Assembly (NCBI GenBank): GCA_030695785.1
Contig: JAUYPR010000055.1
Coordinates: 1 to 45,654, forward strand
Direction: 5' to 3'
Length of the DNA: 45,654 bases
DNA from: a bacterium
GTDB taxonomy: Bacteria; Patescibacteriota; Microgenomatia; JAUYPR01
Position 1 is the first letter of the stretch. Each line of letters opens with the position of its first letter. Both the position numbers and the translations under genes were made by a program. The notes under the pieces are model-generated. The model searched no databases. It saw only the letters and a list, made by a program, of their open reading frames with translations, and was not told the DNA's origin. This document shows, in pieces, positions 1 through 8,912 of the stretch.

Positions 1-1
1 T

Positions 2-2887
2 GAGGAAATAGAATGGATTGTCTGGGATCACAATGGTTGGCTGAGGCACGGACAGAAAGGACACCCCAGTTGGCACGTACGGTTTTGGTTCCGGTGCACA
101 TTTCCCAAGCTCCCATCGGAAGATTGTCCCATCCTCCGTACACGTTGGGCGCGCATCATCGGGGAGGGGTGAACCAGGCTCCGGGTTTGGTACACAGTCT
201 TTTTGGCCAAACGAGTAATACGTCCCTTTGGTACACCGATATTGGTCAGGGTCATACACTGGATTATCGGTGTCACTCCAGACACAACCCCTTGGCGGCT
301 GATACGTTGATCCAGAAGGACACGCTTTCGCCCGTTTTTCACGCTCCTTGTCGCTAGATGGCGTTGGTTCAGGTGGAGGCACGGGGAACGGATCACCGAC
401 TGATGGAATTTGACATGCCGCTGATGACCACACCCAAGTAATGCCAGCTGGGCATGCCGGACGAAAATCTTCACTGGGTGCGTTTGCAGTTACAGCGACG
501 CATGCTTTGGCTCCAAACGACCAATAGAGCCCAGGTTTCTCGCACCGATACTGCTCAAAATCGTCAACGCGACGGCCGTTATCCTCCCACACACAGCCGA
601 CTTCGGATTGAAACAACGCACCAATCGGACACTCGTTCAAGACCACATCTGCCGGAGAAATAACTGGTGGAGCCGGAGTCGCACCCGGTGTTGCTTCTGG
701 CCCAAACTGACCGCCGTTTAAGGGCCGCGCAGATGCGGTTGCGGCAATCGCCTCATACACACGCACCAAATCTTCTCGACCAGCGAGATCTTCCGGACGG
801 ATAATACTTGTGTCGACCGTCTGAGTTAATGTTTGCAGTTGCGTTTCATACCCTGCTTTGGTTGCACGCAAGGTTGCGGTTTGCGCAAATTTCGTCTGCA
901 CTTCACGGAGCCGGTTCAATTCTTCGACCTTGCGTACCTCAACGAGTTGGTTGTAATCCTGTGGCGCGAAGACTGCCTGACTTTCATCCATCTTCTTTGC
1001 ATCCCCAGGAGGGAAAGTGCCTAGCTCGACCAGTTCACGAATCTTTTCCCGCACCTCTTCGCGCGTCCCCGCTTGCGTGATCGCATCCACTTCCTCGGCT
1101 AACACCAACCCCTGCGCTTTCAAATCCTGCAAACGGTCAGTCAGCGCCGGAGGCAACGGGGCTCGCTCCAACGCATCCGCGCAAACATCCATCGCATCTT
1201 CGGTCGCCTGCACCGCTTCAGCAAAGATTTGCGTGTTTTCGGTCGGCACAGGGAGGAGTCCTTTTTCAAAGACAATATTATGGCGCGACGCTTCAACCTC
1301 AAAATCCCTCGCCAATTCTTTCTTATCTGCATGCTCATCGCCCAAACTTTTCATCGTATCGGCAGCATTGTGCATCATGTCGCTGTATCGCTCGAGCGTT
1401 TGCTGATACACCGCGGCCCGTGCTTCATCGCCGACCAATGCAGTTGCTTCGCGCAACCGTTCTTCAGCGTGTTGCATGTGCAGCTCCGCACGGCGCGCCG
1501 GATCAAATGCCGTTGCTGTCTGCACTTGTTCCCCCACCTGTTTGAAGAAATAGAACGGATCACCAGGGAGGACACCTTTGTATTCCGTGATATACGGTGT
1601 TACAGACGGCGGGGCAGGAGTGGGTGTTGGTTCAGGCGAAGGCACAGGGGATGGAGACGGCGCTTCGTCCAAAGGACGATCAGCCGCTGGCTGAGGAGTC
1701 GGCGCGGGCGTTCCAGCCAAAGGCTGGTCAGCCGCTGGCTGAGGTGAAGGTGATGGCTTCGGCGTTGGAAGGGGCGCTGTCGGGTTCTCGGCTGCTGCCT
1801 CTGGGAGAAACTCCACGACTTCACTCTGTTGTTCAGGCGTAAATGGTGTAAGATCAACAGTCTTTGCTAGTTCATCTGCGCGGAGACTATATATATATGG
1901 CCGAATTTCGGGTGGCGGAGGGAGGTCTTTGTTTTCCCGGTTCTGCCATTCTTCAATAGACTTCCGCGCCTCATCGGTTGGTGGAGGGAGCGTTTGATAC
2001 GTCCGCAGTTCAGCAAACTGCAACACATTCATCGTCTGATCGTGGAAGTCTGGGTAGCGGGTCGCCACTGCCGTATCGAGATTCGCAACCTCTGCAACTG
2101 GGAACCTTCCAGATGTTGCCAGTCGTTCGAGCTCATCTCGTACATCGGCGCGGCTTCCGAATCCATATATTTTTTCGCTCTCCTCCGTCGTCAGCAGTCC
2201 TTGATCTTTCAGCGCCTGGATACTCACCGACAGGTCATCCGGAACAGCCGGCTGTCCAGTTGCATCCGCGACCGCGTCGAGCGCTTTCTCCGTTCCACTC
2301 ACAATATCTGTCCATGTCTCTGCAACGGCAGGCGGGGAAGCCAAAACAATGCTTTCCGCCACAACCGCGTGGGCGACGGCGGCATTTTCAACAACAGTGG
2401 AAAGTGTCGCAGCAGCGTCGGGGTTCGTGGTCGCGAGTGTTTGAAGATTCTCTGAAACTGTTCTCATGGTCTGCCGGTAGGCGACCGCGGCTTCGGCGGC
2501 ATACTGATGTTGACCCTGGTCAGTGAGAGTCTTCGCTTCCGACAACCGTTCTTCCGCGATAGACAAGCGCAGTTCTTCTTTTGCAACCGGGTCAAAGGTG
2601 AACGTCAGCTGCGTGTTTTCAATGAAATGCTCAAATGGAGAAAGCGGGTTCCCTGGAAAAATACCTGTTGCTGGTGGAATAGAAACCTCGGCAGGTAGCG
2701 TTGGTGTGGGAAGGTGCTCTAATGATGAAAACGATAAACCCAATACCTGCTGACTTTGATAGTATGGTCCCCAGTCATAATACGATCCGTTCGTGACAAG
2801 AGCCCCAACAGGGGTTGCGGCAACCAGCAAAGAAATGCTGGCGAGAATGGCACCAAAACGATAATGGGCTGGGCAAAACCCGGGCAT
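2..2887 (-). CDS. Large secreted repeat protein (>962 aa, truncated by window edge): signal peptide, tandem DUF5667-like helical domains, Pro/Thr linker, two 6-Cys repeats
   Basis: Hand-translated from ATG at 2887 (MPGFCPAHYRFGAILASISLLVAATPVGALV...) open to position 2 without a stop; motifs IFPGNPLSPFEHFIENTQLTFTFDPVAKEELRLSIAEERLSEA, VLPGDPFYFFKQVGEQVQ...HAEERLREA and IPDNPFYFL at the edge. Not in the ORF track because the stop lies outside the window. Confidence 0.88.
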   Translation of the reverse strand, partial: MPGFCPAHYRFGAILASISLLVAATPVGALVTNGSYYDWGPYYQSQQVLGLSFSSLEHLPTPTLPAEVSIPPATGIFPGNPLSPFEHFIENTQLTFTFDPVAKEELRLSIAEERLSEAKTLTDQGQHQYAAEAAVAYRQTMRTVSENLQTLATTNPDAAATLSTVVENAAVAHAVVAESIVLASPPAVAETWTDIVSGTEKALDAVADATGQPAVPDDLSVSIQALKDQGLLTTEESEKIYGFGSRADVRDELERLATSGRFPVAEVANLDTAVATRYPDFHDQTMNVLQFAELRTYQTLPPPTDEARKSIEEWQNRENKDLPPPPEIRPYIYSLRADELAKTVDLTPFTPEQQSEVVEFLPEAAAENPTAPLPTPKPSPSPQPAADQPLAGTPAPTPQPAADRPLDEAPSPSPVPSPEPTPTPAPPSVTPYITEYKGVLPGDPFYFFKQVGEQVQTATAFDPARRAELHMQHAEERLREATALVGDEARAAVYQQTLERYSDMMHNAADTMKSLGDEHADKKELARDFEVEASRHNIVFEKGLLPVPTENTQIFAEAVQATEDAMDVCADALERAPLPPALTDRLQDLKAQGLVLAEEVDAITQAGTREEVREKIRELVELGTFPPGDAKKMDESQAVFAPQDYNQLVEVRKVEELNRLREVQTKFAQTATLRATKAGYETQLQTLTQTVDTSIIRPEDLAGREDLVRVYEAIAATASARPLNGGQFGPEATPGATPAPPVISPADVVLNECPIGALFQSEVGCVWEDNGRRVDDFEQYRCEKPGLYWSFGAKACVAVTANAPSEDFRPACPAGITWVWSSAACQIPSVGDPFPVPPPEPTPSSDKEREKRAKACPSGSTYQPPRGCVWSDTDNPVYDPDQYRCTKGTYYSFGQKDCVPNPEPGSPLPDDARPTCTEDGTIFRWELGKCAPEPKPYVPTGVSFLSVPQPTIVIPDNPFYFL
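1665..1744. repeat. Two tandem double-hairpin palindromic units inside the CDS
   Basis: TCGTCC-AAA-GGACGA/TCAGCC-GCT-GGCTGA (1665-1696) and CAGCC-AAA-GGCTG/CAGCC-GCT-GGCTG (1714-1744); encode PQPAADRPLDE and PQPAADQPLAG on the minus strand. Confidence 0.85.
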
Positions 2888-2950
2888 TTACTTAGTAAAG
2901 ACTATTTTATGGCCGTTGTCAAGTATCAACCTGGCGGGTACAATGTCGGT

Positions 2951-4393
2951 ATGCGCATGTTCACATTTCTCATATTTCTTCTCGTGTTTTTATTTGTTGC
3001 GCCTGCTGCGTTCGCACACACAACAACCGTAACCGTCCGCATGACGCCGGACGGATTTTCCCCTGATGAAATTTCAGTTGACCAAGGCAGTACCTTGGTC
3101 TTTGTGAATACAGACACAACCGATCGCTGGCCAGCAAGTAACCCACACCCAGTGCACACGAATTACCTACAGTTTGACCCGAAACGCGCGGTCGCCCCAG
3201 GCGACTCGTGGTCGTTCACCACAGAAAGGGCAGGCGTCTTTCGCTTCCATGATCACCTATCTCCTCACAAACAGGGATTGTTAACTGTTGTTACTGAAGA
3301 AGGCACCGCGCCACCGCAAAAGCCATCCTTTATATATAATGTTATGTCCTTCGGCCATAATAGTATAGGGGCGTTCTTTGATTCAGTCAGAAAAAATATC
3401 GCGGCATTCTTTGCAACGTTTCAAAAACAATCTCCCCTTTCTCCAACCCCTCCTCCGACGATCGATACGACTGCATTCAGAAATCTTTCGGAAAGCGAAC
3501 AACAAGCATATATCCGCTCGCTCATAGACACGGTCGGAGGAAAAAAAGCGTGGATGTATCTAGTTGCGGCATTTACGGAAAAAGGCGCGGTGGTTCCGGC
3601 AGGCGGACGGGCGCATGATTTGGCGCATTTCATCGGTGAACAAGTCTATACAAAACAAGGCATGACCGGAATTTCGGTGTGCGAACCAAGCTTTGCCTAT
3701 GGGTGTTTCCATGGATTCACCGAAGGAGCGTTTGCAACCAGTTTGGAGAAACTGCCCGACGTTGCTGCCGCGTGTACGACCGTGGGGAAGGTAAACTCCG
3801 GCCCGTGGGCAAGCTGTATCCATGGAATCGGACACGGGATTGCAACGTTCGTGCGCGCGACTGATTTGCAAAAAGCGCTCGACGCGTGCACGAAACTGAC
3901 AGATGGAGCGTCATACTGTTACGACGGGGTATTTATGGAGTTTTCACTCAACGCGCCGCAAACATTCTATACTGCTCAAGACCCGTTGTATCCATGCAAT
4001 ACGCTTGAAGAAACGGTTCGGTCAGCCTGCGGCAGAAACCAGCCGGCCGTGATGCGGAACCGATTCAACCTGCCCTTTTTGAGTATGGTCGAGGCGTGTG
4101 CAAATAGTACAGACAACGACATTCGCTCCTCGTGCTTGGACGCAATAGGACTTCTTGTTGGACAAGAAGCTGCGGGGAATCTTTCCACCATCACATCCCG
4201 GTGCGGGCAGATTCCATCATTGGACATCCGCGCGATCTGTGTCACCGGAGCTTCGGTTGAAACGGTCTTCCAAAATTATTCAGGCTGGCGACAAGCCGCC
4301 CCTGCCGCCTGTGCCACGCTGCCCGATCCGTATACAAAGGATTGCACCACCCGCATACAGCAAACCATAAAGGATTACGGAGGAATAAAATGA
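2951..4393 (+). CDS. Exported protein: cupredoxin-like domain fused to Cys/His-rich helical repeat domain
   Basis: Signal peptide MRMFTFLIFLLVFLFVAPAAFAH; cupredoxin-type GFSPDEISVDQGSTLVFVN..WPASNPHPVH..FHDHL; then HDLAHFIG, CFHG, CIHGIGHG, CYDGVFME. Start moved to ATG 2951 (TACAAT lies just upstream). Confidence 0.8.
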   Translation: MRMFTFLIFLLVFLFVAPAAFAHTTTVTVRMTPDGFSPDEISVDQGSTLVFVNTDTTDRWPASNPHPVHTNYLQFDPKRAVAPGDSWSFTTERAGVFRFHDHLSPHKQGLLTVVTEEGTAPPQKPSFIYNVMSFGHNSIGAFFDSVRKNIAAFFATFQKQSPLSPTPPPTIDTTAFRNLSESEQQAYIRSLIDTVGGKKAWMYLVAAFTEKGAVVPAGGRAHDLAHFIGEQVYTKQGMTGISVCEPSFAYGCFHGFTEGAFATSLEKLPDVAAACTTVGKVNSGPWASCIHGIGHGIATFVRATDLQKALDACTKLTDGASYCYDGVFMEFSLNAPQTFYTAQDPLYPCNTLEETVRSACGRNQPAVMRNRFNLPFLSMVEACANSTDNDIRSSCLDAIGLLVGQEAAGNLSTITSRCGQIPSLDIRAICVTGASVETVFQNYSGWRQAAPAACATLPDPYTKDCTTRIQQTIKDYGGIK

Positions 4394-4830
4394 AAGGAAA
4401 CAATAAGTTGTTGATTTTTGTCTTGGTGATCCTTTTAGTAATCGCTAGTTGGCAATTAATCAGAAGTTTTTCAAACTCGAGAAACAAACTTGATATGAAC
4501 ACCACAACAAGTCTCCCGAAAGAATTAGGTACTCGAAAAACTACACTATCACCTATAAGCGAAACTACAACTTCATCTGCACGTTTTATTACTCAGGAAG
4601 AAGCAGTTGAAAAAGTATCTCAACTCCCTGAAGTGAAAGAAAAAACTGCTGAATGGTTTCGACTAGGAGCAACGAAAGTAGGATTTATGGCTTTTGAGGA
4701 TATGGACGAAAACGGTGAATGGACATCATGGCGAGTCCAGTTTTATGAAGACAAACCGACGCATATCACGACAATTGACTGGTACAGGGTAGATGCAGTA
4801 ACTGGTGAGGTAAAAAAGGAATCAACTTAA
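4390..4830 (+). CDS. Hypothetical membrane-anchored exported protein
   Basis: ATGA overlap with upstream stop; N-terminal TM LLIFVLVILLVIASW; AT-rich. Confidence 0.7.
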   Translation: MKGNNKLLIFVLVILLVIASWQLIRSFSNSRNKLDMNTTTSLPKELGTRKTTLSPISETTTSSARFITQEEAVEKVSQLPEVKEKTAEWFRLGATKVGFMAFEDMDENGEWTSWRVQFYEDKPTHITTIDWYRVDAVTGEVKKEST

Positions 4831-4849
4831 ATTATAGTACTTCCCCAAT

Positions 4850-5428
4850 TCACTGTTTGTATCTCTGCCGAAATAAATCAACCGACTCAAAACCATCCCC
4901 CATCTCCCTGAAAAATACATCTGTTTGCCCGTCAAAACGAACCTGAGATACATATTTCCTGGGAATATTAATGCGCATCTCTGTCTTAGCTGCCCCGCCA
5001 TCAAGAACAACCACAACCTCTTCTTGACTCCATTCTTTTACAGTAAATTCATTTTTGTATGTAACTAACCCTATAAAACCACTAGGAAACTTTTTTGAAT
5101 CTTCTGTTAAAAACCTCGCTCCAACTTCCTCACATAACATTTTTGTTCTATCGCATCGTATCTCAATGGTATGCATTGGGTTTTTATATGCATAATTAAA
5201 ATCAGTATTCTTGTCCAACCAGCTTCCTTCTATATAAATAGAATCAGCACCGCTTTGAAATGACATTGGTGGGAGAAAAATGGAGTTTAGCTTAATCAGA
5301 GTAAATTCTCGGAACAATAAGGTCGCGAGTAAGGCGTTGACAAGCAAACTTGCCAATAAAACTTTCTTTATGGTGAGCCTGCTAACAATATTTTTTGCAA
5401 CATTTTTGAACATCCGACCCTCAATCAT
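4850..5428 (-). CDS. Hypothetical protein with N-terminal TM anchor
   Basis: 192-aa ORF, hydrophobic VLLASLLVNALLATLLF, AT-rich, overlaps the next ORF by 8 nt. Confidence 0.65.
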   Translation of the reverse strand: MIEGRMFKNVAKNIVSRLTIKKVLLASLLVNALLATLLFREFTLIKLNSIFLPPMSFQSGADSIYIEGSWLDKNTDFNYAYKNPMHTIEIRCDRTKMLCEEVGARFLTEDSKKFPSGFIGLVTYKNEFTVKEWSQEEVVVVLDGGAAKTEMRINIPRKYVSQVRFDGQTDVFFREMGDGFESVDLFRQRYKQ

Positions 5429-5933
5429 TTTTCGATCCTTCCATAATCACTGAATGGACAAAAATAAAACATATTCCGATTGCCACTATCGTTAAAACGG
5501 TGATTATCGTTAAGGAAAACAAAATAGTTTCAACTTGATTGAAAACTACAATTTTGTTTGCTAAGAGCAACAGTATCAATGCTAAAACCGAAAGGACAAA
5601 GTAGAGGAGAAAAAATAAATTTTGAATCATACGGTTCCCCAATCTAAGTACTCTTTCTTTCTTATACTGACCAAACACTTTTTCTAAAAAATACTCAGCG
5701 GTTGCCTTTATACTAACAACGTCTTCGTTGTGAGACTTTATGGTTTTTTCCACTGTAGAACCATCACTTGTTGTTGTTTTTTCAAGAGAAGAATCTCTCT
5801 CGTGGATTATTCTAGACTCTCCCAGCGCTTCATGGATCATTTTCCCTATGGCTATATACTCATTAGAAACAGAAATAGATTCTTCTGTTGTGTGTAAGTC
5901 TTTATCTTCTTTTGCAAGTCCAATCTTAATCAT
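5421..5933 (-). CDS. Hypothetical protein with two C-terminal TM helices
   Basis: 170-aa ORF, two long hydrophobic segments, AT-rich. Confidence 0.65.
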   Translation of the reverse strand: MIKIGLAKEDKDLHTTEESISVSNEYIAIGKMIHEALGESRIIHERDSSLEKTTTSDGSTVEKTIKSHNEDVVSIKATAEYFLEKVFGQYKKERVLRLGNRMIQNLFFLLYFVLSVLALILLLLANKIVVFNQVETILFSLTIITVLTIVAIGICFIFVHSVIMEGSKND

Positions 5934-6188
5934 ATTTTTTGACGTATGTTTTCATTAAACATTTACCCATCCCTATTCTATCAGAAAACTATTGCCGAAT
6001 CTCAAGAAGAAAGTAGTCGCATTACGAGGAGAATACGCCCTTATGGATATACTCCCCCATGAGTGATTAACAGAGAATGTTGAGCGCGTGTTACCGATGC
6101 ATCTTAAGCCTACTCAGTTTTTAAGTCATTAATCACAAAAGCTCCAAAGAAATAACATCTAGTAGAAATATGGTATGATTTTGTTGAT

Positions 6189-6374
6189 ATGTCTAATTTT
6201 CCTCATGTCCCACGACCTCATATTTCGAAAGATGACACCTTGCCAATGCGCCCAAGGAAAATAGATCTCGCGAAAATCATTGCCACGAGTACGAGGTTAA
6301 TAAAACAGAATAAGAAGTTAGAGGAAAAGTTTCGATCTACAATTGAGAGGCCTATCTACAATACCGGCGCATGA
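6189..6374 (+). CDS. Small basic protein, putative antitoxin of the downstream PIN protein
   Basis: 61 aa, ATGA-coupled to the PIN gene; TGnTATGAT -10 just upstream. Confidence 0.5.
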   Translation: MSNFPHVPRPHISKDDTLPMRPRKIDLAKIIATSTRLIKQNKKLEEKFRSTIERPIYNTGA

Positions 6375-6931
6375 ATTTTTTCTATGCACTCACTCCCCCA
6401 GATTGTTTACATGGACAACACGTATATCTCGATGGAGACTTTCTTGGGATGCTATTTAGCGATGGCCAAATATTTCAAAAGTGCATCTCTATTCTTTCAA
6501 AGAGCCCTCTGCTCATCGATCCGCTCGTCGAAATTGAATTTCTTCGAGACATTTTCCTCCCTGAGCAGTTCAAAATAAAAAATGCCTTTATCTCACAACC
6601 AATCTTTCTCCCTTTAGCGCGCAGTCAAGAAATCTTTCTTAAAATTCTTGAAAACGTTCTTGTCCTGTCAAAAATTTACGCCCACCAAAATAAAAGTAAG
6701 GGTGTAAGCTTCGTTGATCTGTTTTTGGCGGCGACACTCATGAAACAACCACAATCTTTATTGATCACTGGGAATAAGAAACATTTTCCTTCTACCCTTT
6801 TTGATACGTTAGGCGTTATTAACATTCAGCAAGGTGACGATTTGTTTAAGGCTTTCTTTATTGTAAAATTTAACGAAACTGCCTTTCAACAGGCTTCTTT
6901 AAAGTTAAAGCGCGTGAGCAATCCGATATAA
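6371..6931 (+). CDS. PIN-domain (VapC-like) nuclease
   Basis: VYLDGDFL, VEIEFL, SFVDLFLAA, LITGNKKHF follow the PIN acidic-residue pattern. Confidence 0.75.
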   Translation: MNFFYALTPPDCLHGQHVYLDGDFLGMLFSDGQIFQKCISILSKSPLLIDPLVEIEFLRDIFLPEQFKIKNAFISQPIFLPLARSQEIFLKILENVLVLSKIYAHQNKSKGVSFVDLFLAATLMKQPQSLLITGNKKHFPSTLFDTLGVINIQQGDDLFKAFFIVKFNETAFQQASLKLKRVSNPI

Positions 6932-6939
6932 TCTCCTTC

Positions 6940-6986
6940 TTGACAAACGTGGATGTTTGCGGTAACATATTCGAAATATCGAATAT
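6940..6986 (+). promoter_or_regulatory. Sigma70 promoter plus ArsR-type operator
   Basis: TTGACA(6940)-N17-TAACAT(6963); inverted repeat ATATTCGA-AATA-TCGAATAT (6967-6986) overlapping the ATG. Confidence 0.8.
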
Positions 6987-7479
6987 GTATGAAAAAGTGT
7001 TCCGACTCCACGCACAGCTTCTCCAGGCGCTTGCCCACCCAAAGCGATTGGAAATTCTCCAGCTCCTCCGCAATAAGGAGTTATCGGTGAGTGATATCCA
7101 AACCATGCTCTCGCTCCCCCAGGCGAATTTAAGCCAACACCTCCAGATTCTCCGTGCAGCGGGCGTTGTGGAAACGCGTAAAAACGGGAAGCAAATCTAC
7201 TATCATCTCTCTCACCTAAATTTCGCAGAGGCCAGTGACCGCATCCGGGAAATCCTTATTGAGCGACACAAAGATAGCCCGCTGGCAGACGAATTCACCA
7301 CATCCATGACCGATCTCGTCCCACTCGCGCTTGACCCGGTGTGCGGCATGCGGCTCTCACCGAAAACCGCCTCATTCGCCGCCAAATACAATGGCCGGGC
7401 GTCCTATTTTTGTGCATCGCGCTGTCACGACCGTTTCCTCAAACATCCGGAAAAATACAGTCAAAAGGACAACCAATGA
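6985..7479 (+). CDS. ArsR/SmtB-family regulator fused to a C-terminal YHS/TRASH metal-binding domain
   Basis: ALAHPKRLEILQLL...SQHLQILRAAGVVETRKNGKQIYY; DPVCGM...YFCASRCHDRF. Confidence 0.9.
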   Translation: MYEKVFRLHAQLLQALAHPKRLEILQLLRNKELSVSDIQTMLSLPQANLSQHLQILRAAGVVETRKNGKQIYYHLSHLNFAEASDRIREILIERHKDSPLADEFTTSMTDLVPLALDPVCGMRLSPKTASFAAKYNGRASYFCASRCHDRFLKHPEKYSQKDNQ

Positions 7480-7970
7480 AAGGAGTACACGTCCTGATCG
7501 CTATTGTGGGCGGGTCGGTTCTTCTTCTCGTTCTTGGAATCTTTCTGACGATGGACCGATCCAAACCGCAAGTTTTGTCTGCAAACGCTGAAGCAAAAGT
7601 GGTCACGCCAACGACAAACTATGACTGGGGGGAGATTCGTATGGACAATGGCAAGGTTGAAGCACGCTTCCCCATCAAAAATGAGGGCACGCAACCGCTT
7701 GTGCTTTCCGAAGCTCAAACCTCGTGCATGTGCACGACCGCGACATTGAGTTTTCAAGGGAAAACCTCTCCACCATTTGGCATGCACGCCAAGTCTGCCT
7801 ACACCCTTCAAGTTCCTCCTGGACAGGAGGCGGAACTCTCCGTTATCTTTGACCCTGCGTTCCACGGCCCGAACGGAGTCGGACAGATCGACCGGCAAGT
7901 CACCATGGCTACGAACGATCCCCTAAAACCCGAGCTCACATTTTTTCTCAAAGCGCTCGTCACGAGGTAA
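7476..7970 (+). CDS. DUF1573-like Ig-fold exported protein
   Basis: N-terminal TM; YDWGEI..FPIKNEGTQPL..TSCMCT..FDPAFHGP; ATGA-coupled to arsR. Confidence 0.8.
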   Translation: MKGVHVLIAIVGGSVLLLVLGIFLTMDRSKPQVLSANAEAKVVTPTTNYDWGEIRMDNGKVEARFPIKNEGTQPLVLSEAQTSCMCTTATLSFQGKTSPPFGMHAKSAYTLQVPPGQEAELSVIFDPAFHGPNGVGQIDRQVTMATNDPLKPELTFFLKALVTR

Positions 7971-7973
7971 TAT

Positions 7974-8912
7974 ATGCGGCGGCAACAATTATTCTTCGTA
8001 TTGATTCCGCTCTTTCTTCTCGGAGGAGCGCTGACCCTATTCGCATTGTTTGATGTCAGAATCCAGCCGCGAAAGCAATCTGTCTTCGCATTTCTTCGGC
8101 CTCAGCCAGCAGCTGACCAGCCTTTGGCTGAAACACCGCAAAACCCGACCTCGCAAGTTCTGAGTGCATCAGTTGCTCCACAGGAAGGCTTCACTGTTCC
8201 GCTCCGCTTTGGAACGGTTGGGAAACAACTCGTCAAGACCGGAGCGATCGATTTGGAGAAGTTCCGTTCCATCTATAAAGGTCAGACCGGGGAAAAATTG
8301 CTCACGTACCTCACGGAAGAAAAAAACGACGATATCACCATTAATGCTGAAACAGCATACTTTTGGGTGAACACGCTCTGGGCGCTTGGGCTGACACAAC
8401 GGTCTGATGTTCTCGATAAAGGAGTTATGGGAACGACCTATAAAGAAACCCGGGGCAACTTTGCTTCCACCGCTGGATGGACATTGGGCAAGAAAGACGC
8501 GCTCGCGCTGTATAGTTCAACGGCAATTATCCCGCTGACTCCAGAGGAAAACAGCCGCGTGGCAACACTTGCCGAAACTATCTTTCGCCCCTGTTGCGGA
8601 AACTCAACTGCGTTTCCAGACTGCAATCACGGTATGGCCATGCTGGGACTTTTGGAACTCATGGTGAGTCAAGAATTCACAGACGAGGATATCTACAAAG
8701 CCGCCCTTGCGTTCAACACGTTCTGGTTCCCTCAAACTTATGTGGACCTTGCGTATTACTTTGAGACACGCGAGAAAACAACATGGCCGAACGTAGATCC
8801 AAAACGCGTGCTTTCAGCACAATTCAGCTCGAGTACTGGATATCAAACCATCAAACAACAAATCGGGACCATTCCCGGCTCTGTCCAGCAAGGAGGAAGC
8901 TGTGGCACATAG
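7974..8912 (+). CDS. Uncharacterised exported Cys/His protein (RPCCGNSTAFPDCNHG motif, C-terminal GGSCGT)
   Basis: 312-aa ORF within the operon, N-terminal TM, clustered Cys/His/Met. Confidence 0.75.
   Translation: MRRQQLFFVLIPLFLLGGALTLFALFDVRIQPRKQSVFAFLRPQPAADQPLAETPQNPTSQVLSASVAPQEGFTVPLRFGTVGKQLVKTGAIDLEKFRSIYKGQTGEKLLTYLTEEKNDDITINAETAYFWVNTLWALGLTQRSDVLDKGVMGTTYKETRGNFASTAGWTLGKKDALALYSSTAIIPLTPEENSRVATLAETIFRPCCGNSTAFPDCNHGMAMLGLLELMVSQEFTDEDIYKAALAFNTFWFPQTYVDLAYYFETREKTTWPNVDPKRVLSAQFSSSTGYQTIKQQIGTIPGSVQQGGSCGT
8100..8131. repeat. Third copy of the double-hairpin palindrome, in-frame in a CDS
   Basis: CCTCAGCCAGCAGCTGACCAGCCTTTGGCTGA; 30/31 identical to the reverse complement of 1714-1744; encodes PQPAADQPLAE. 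Confidence 0.85.

Noticed and set aside
1665..1744. Possible CRISPR-like repeat-spacer unit
   Set aside because: Only two divergent units 17 nt apart, inside a CDS, with no cas genes.
13..2753. Many short ORFs in the track on both strands
   Set aside because: They are shadows of the single long minus-strand frame 2887 to <2.
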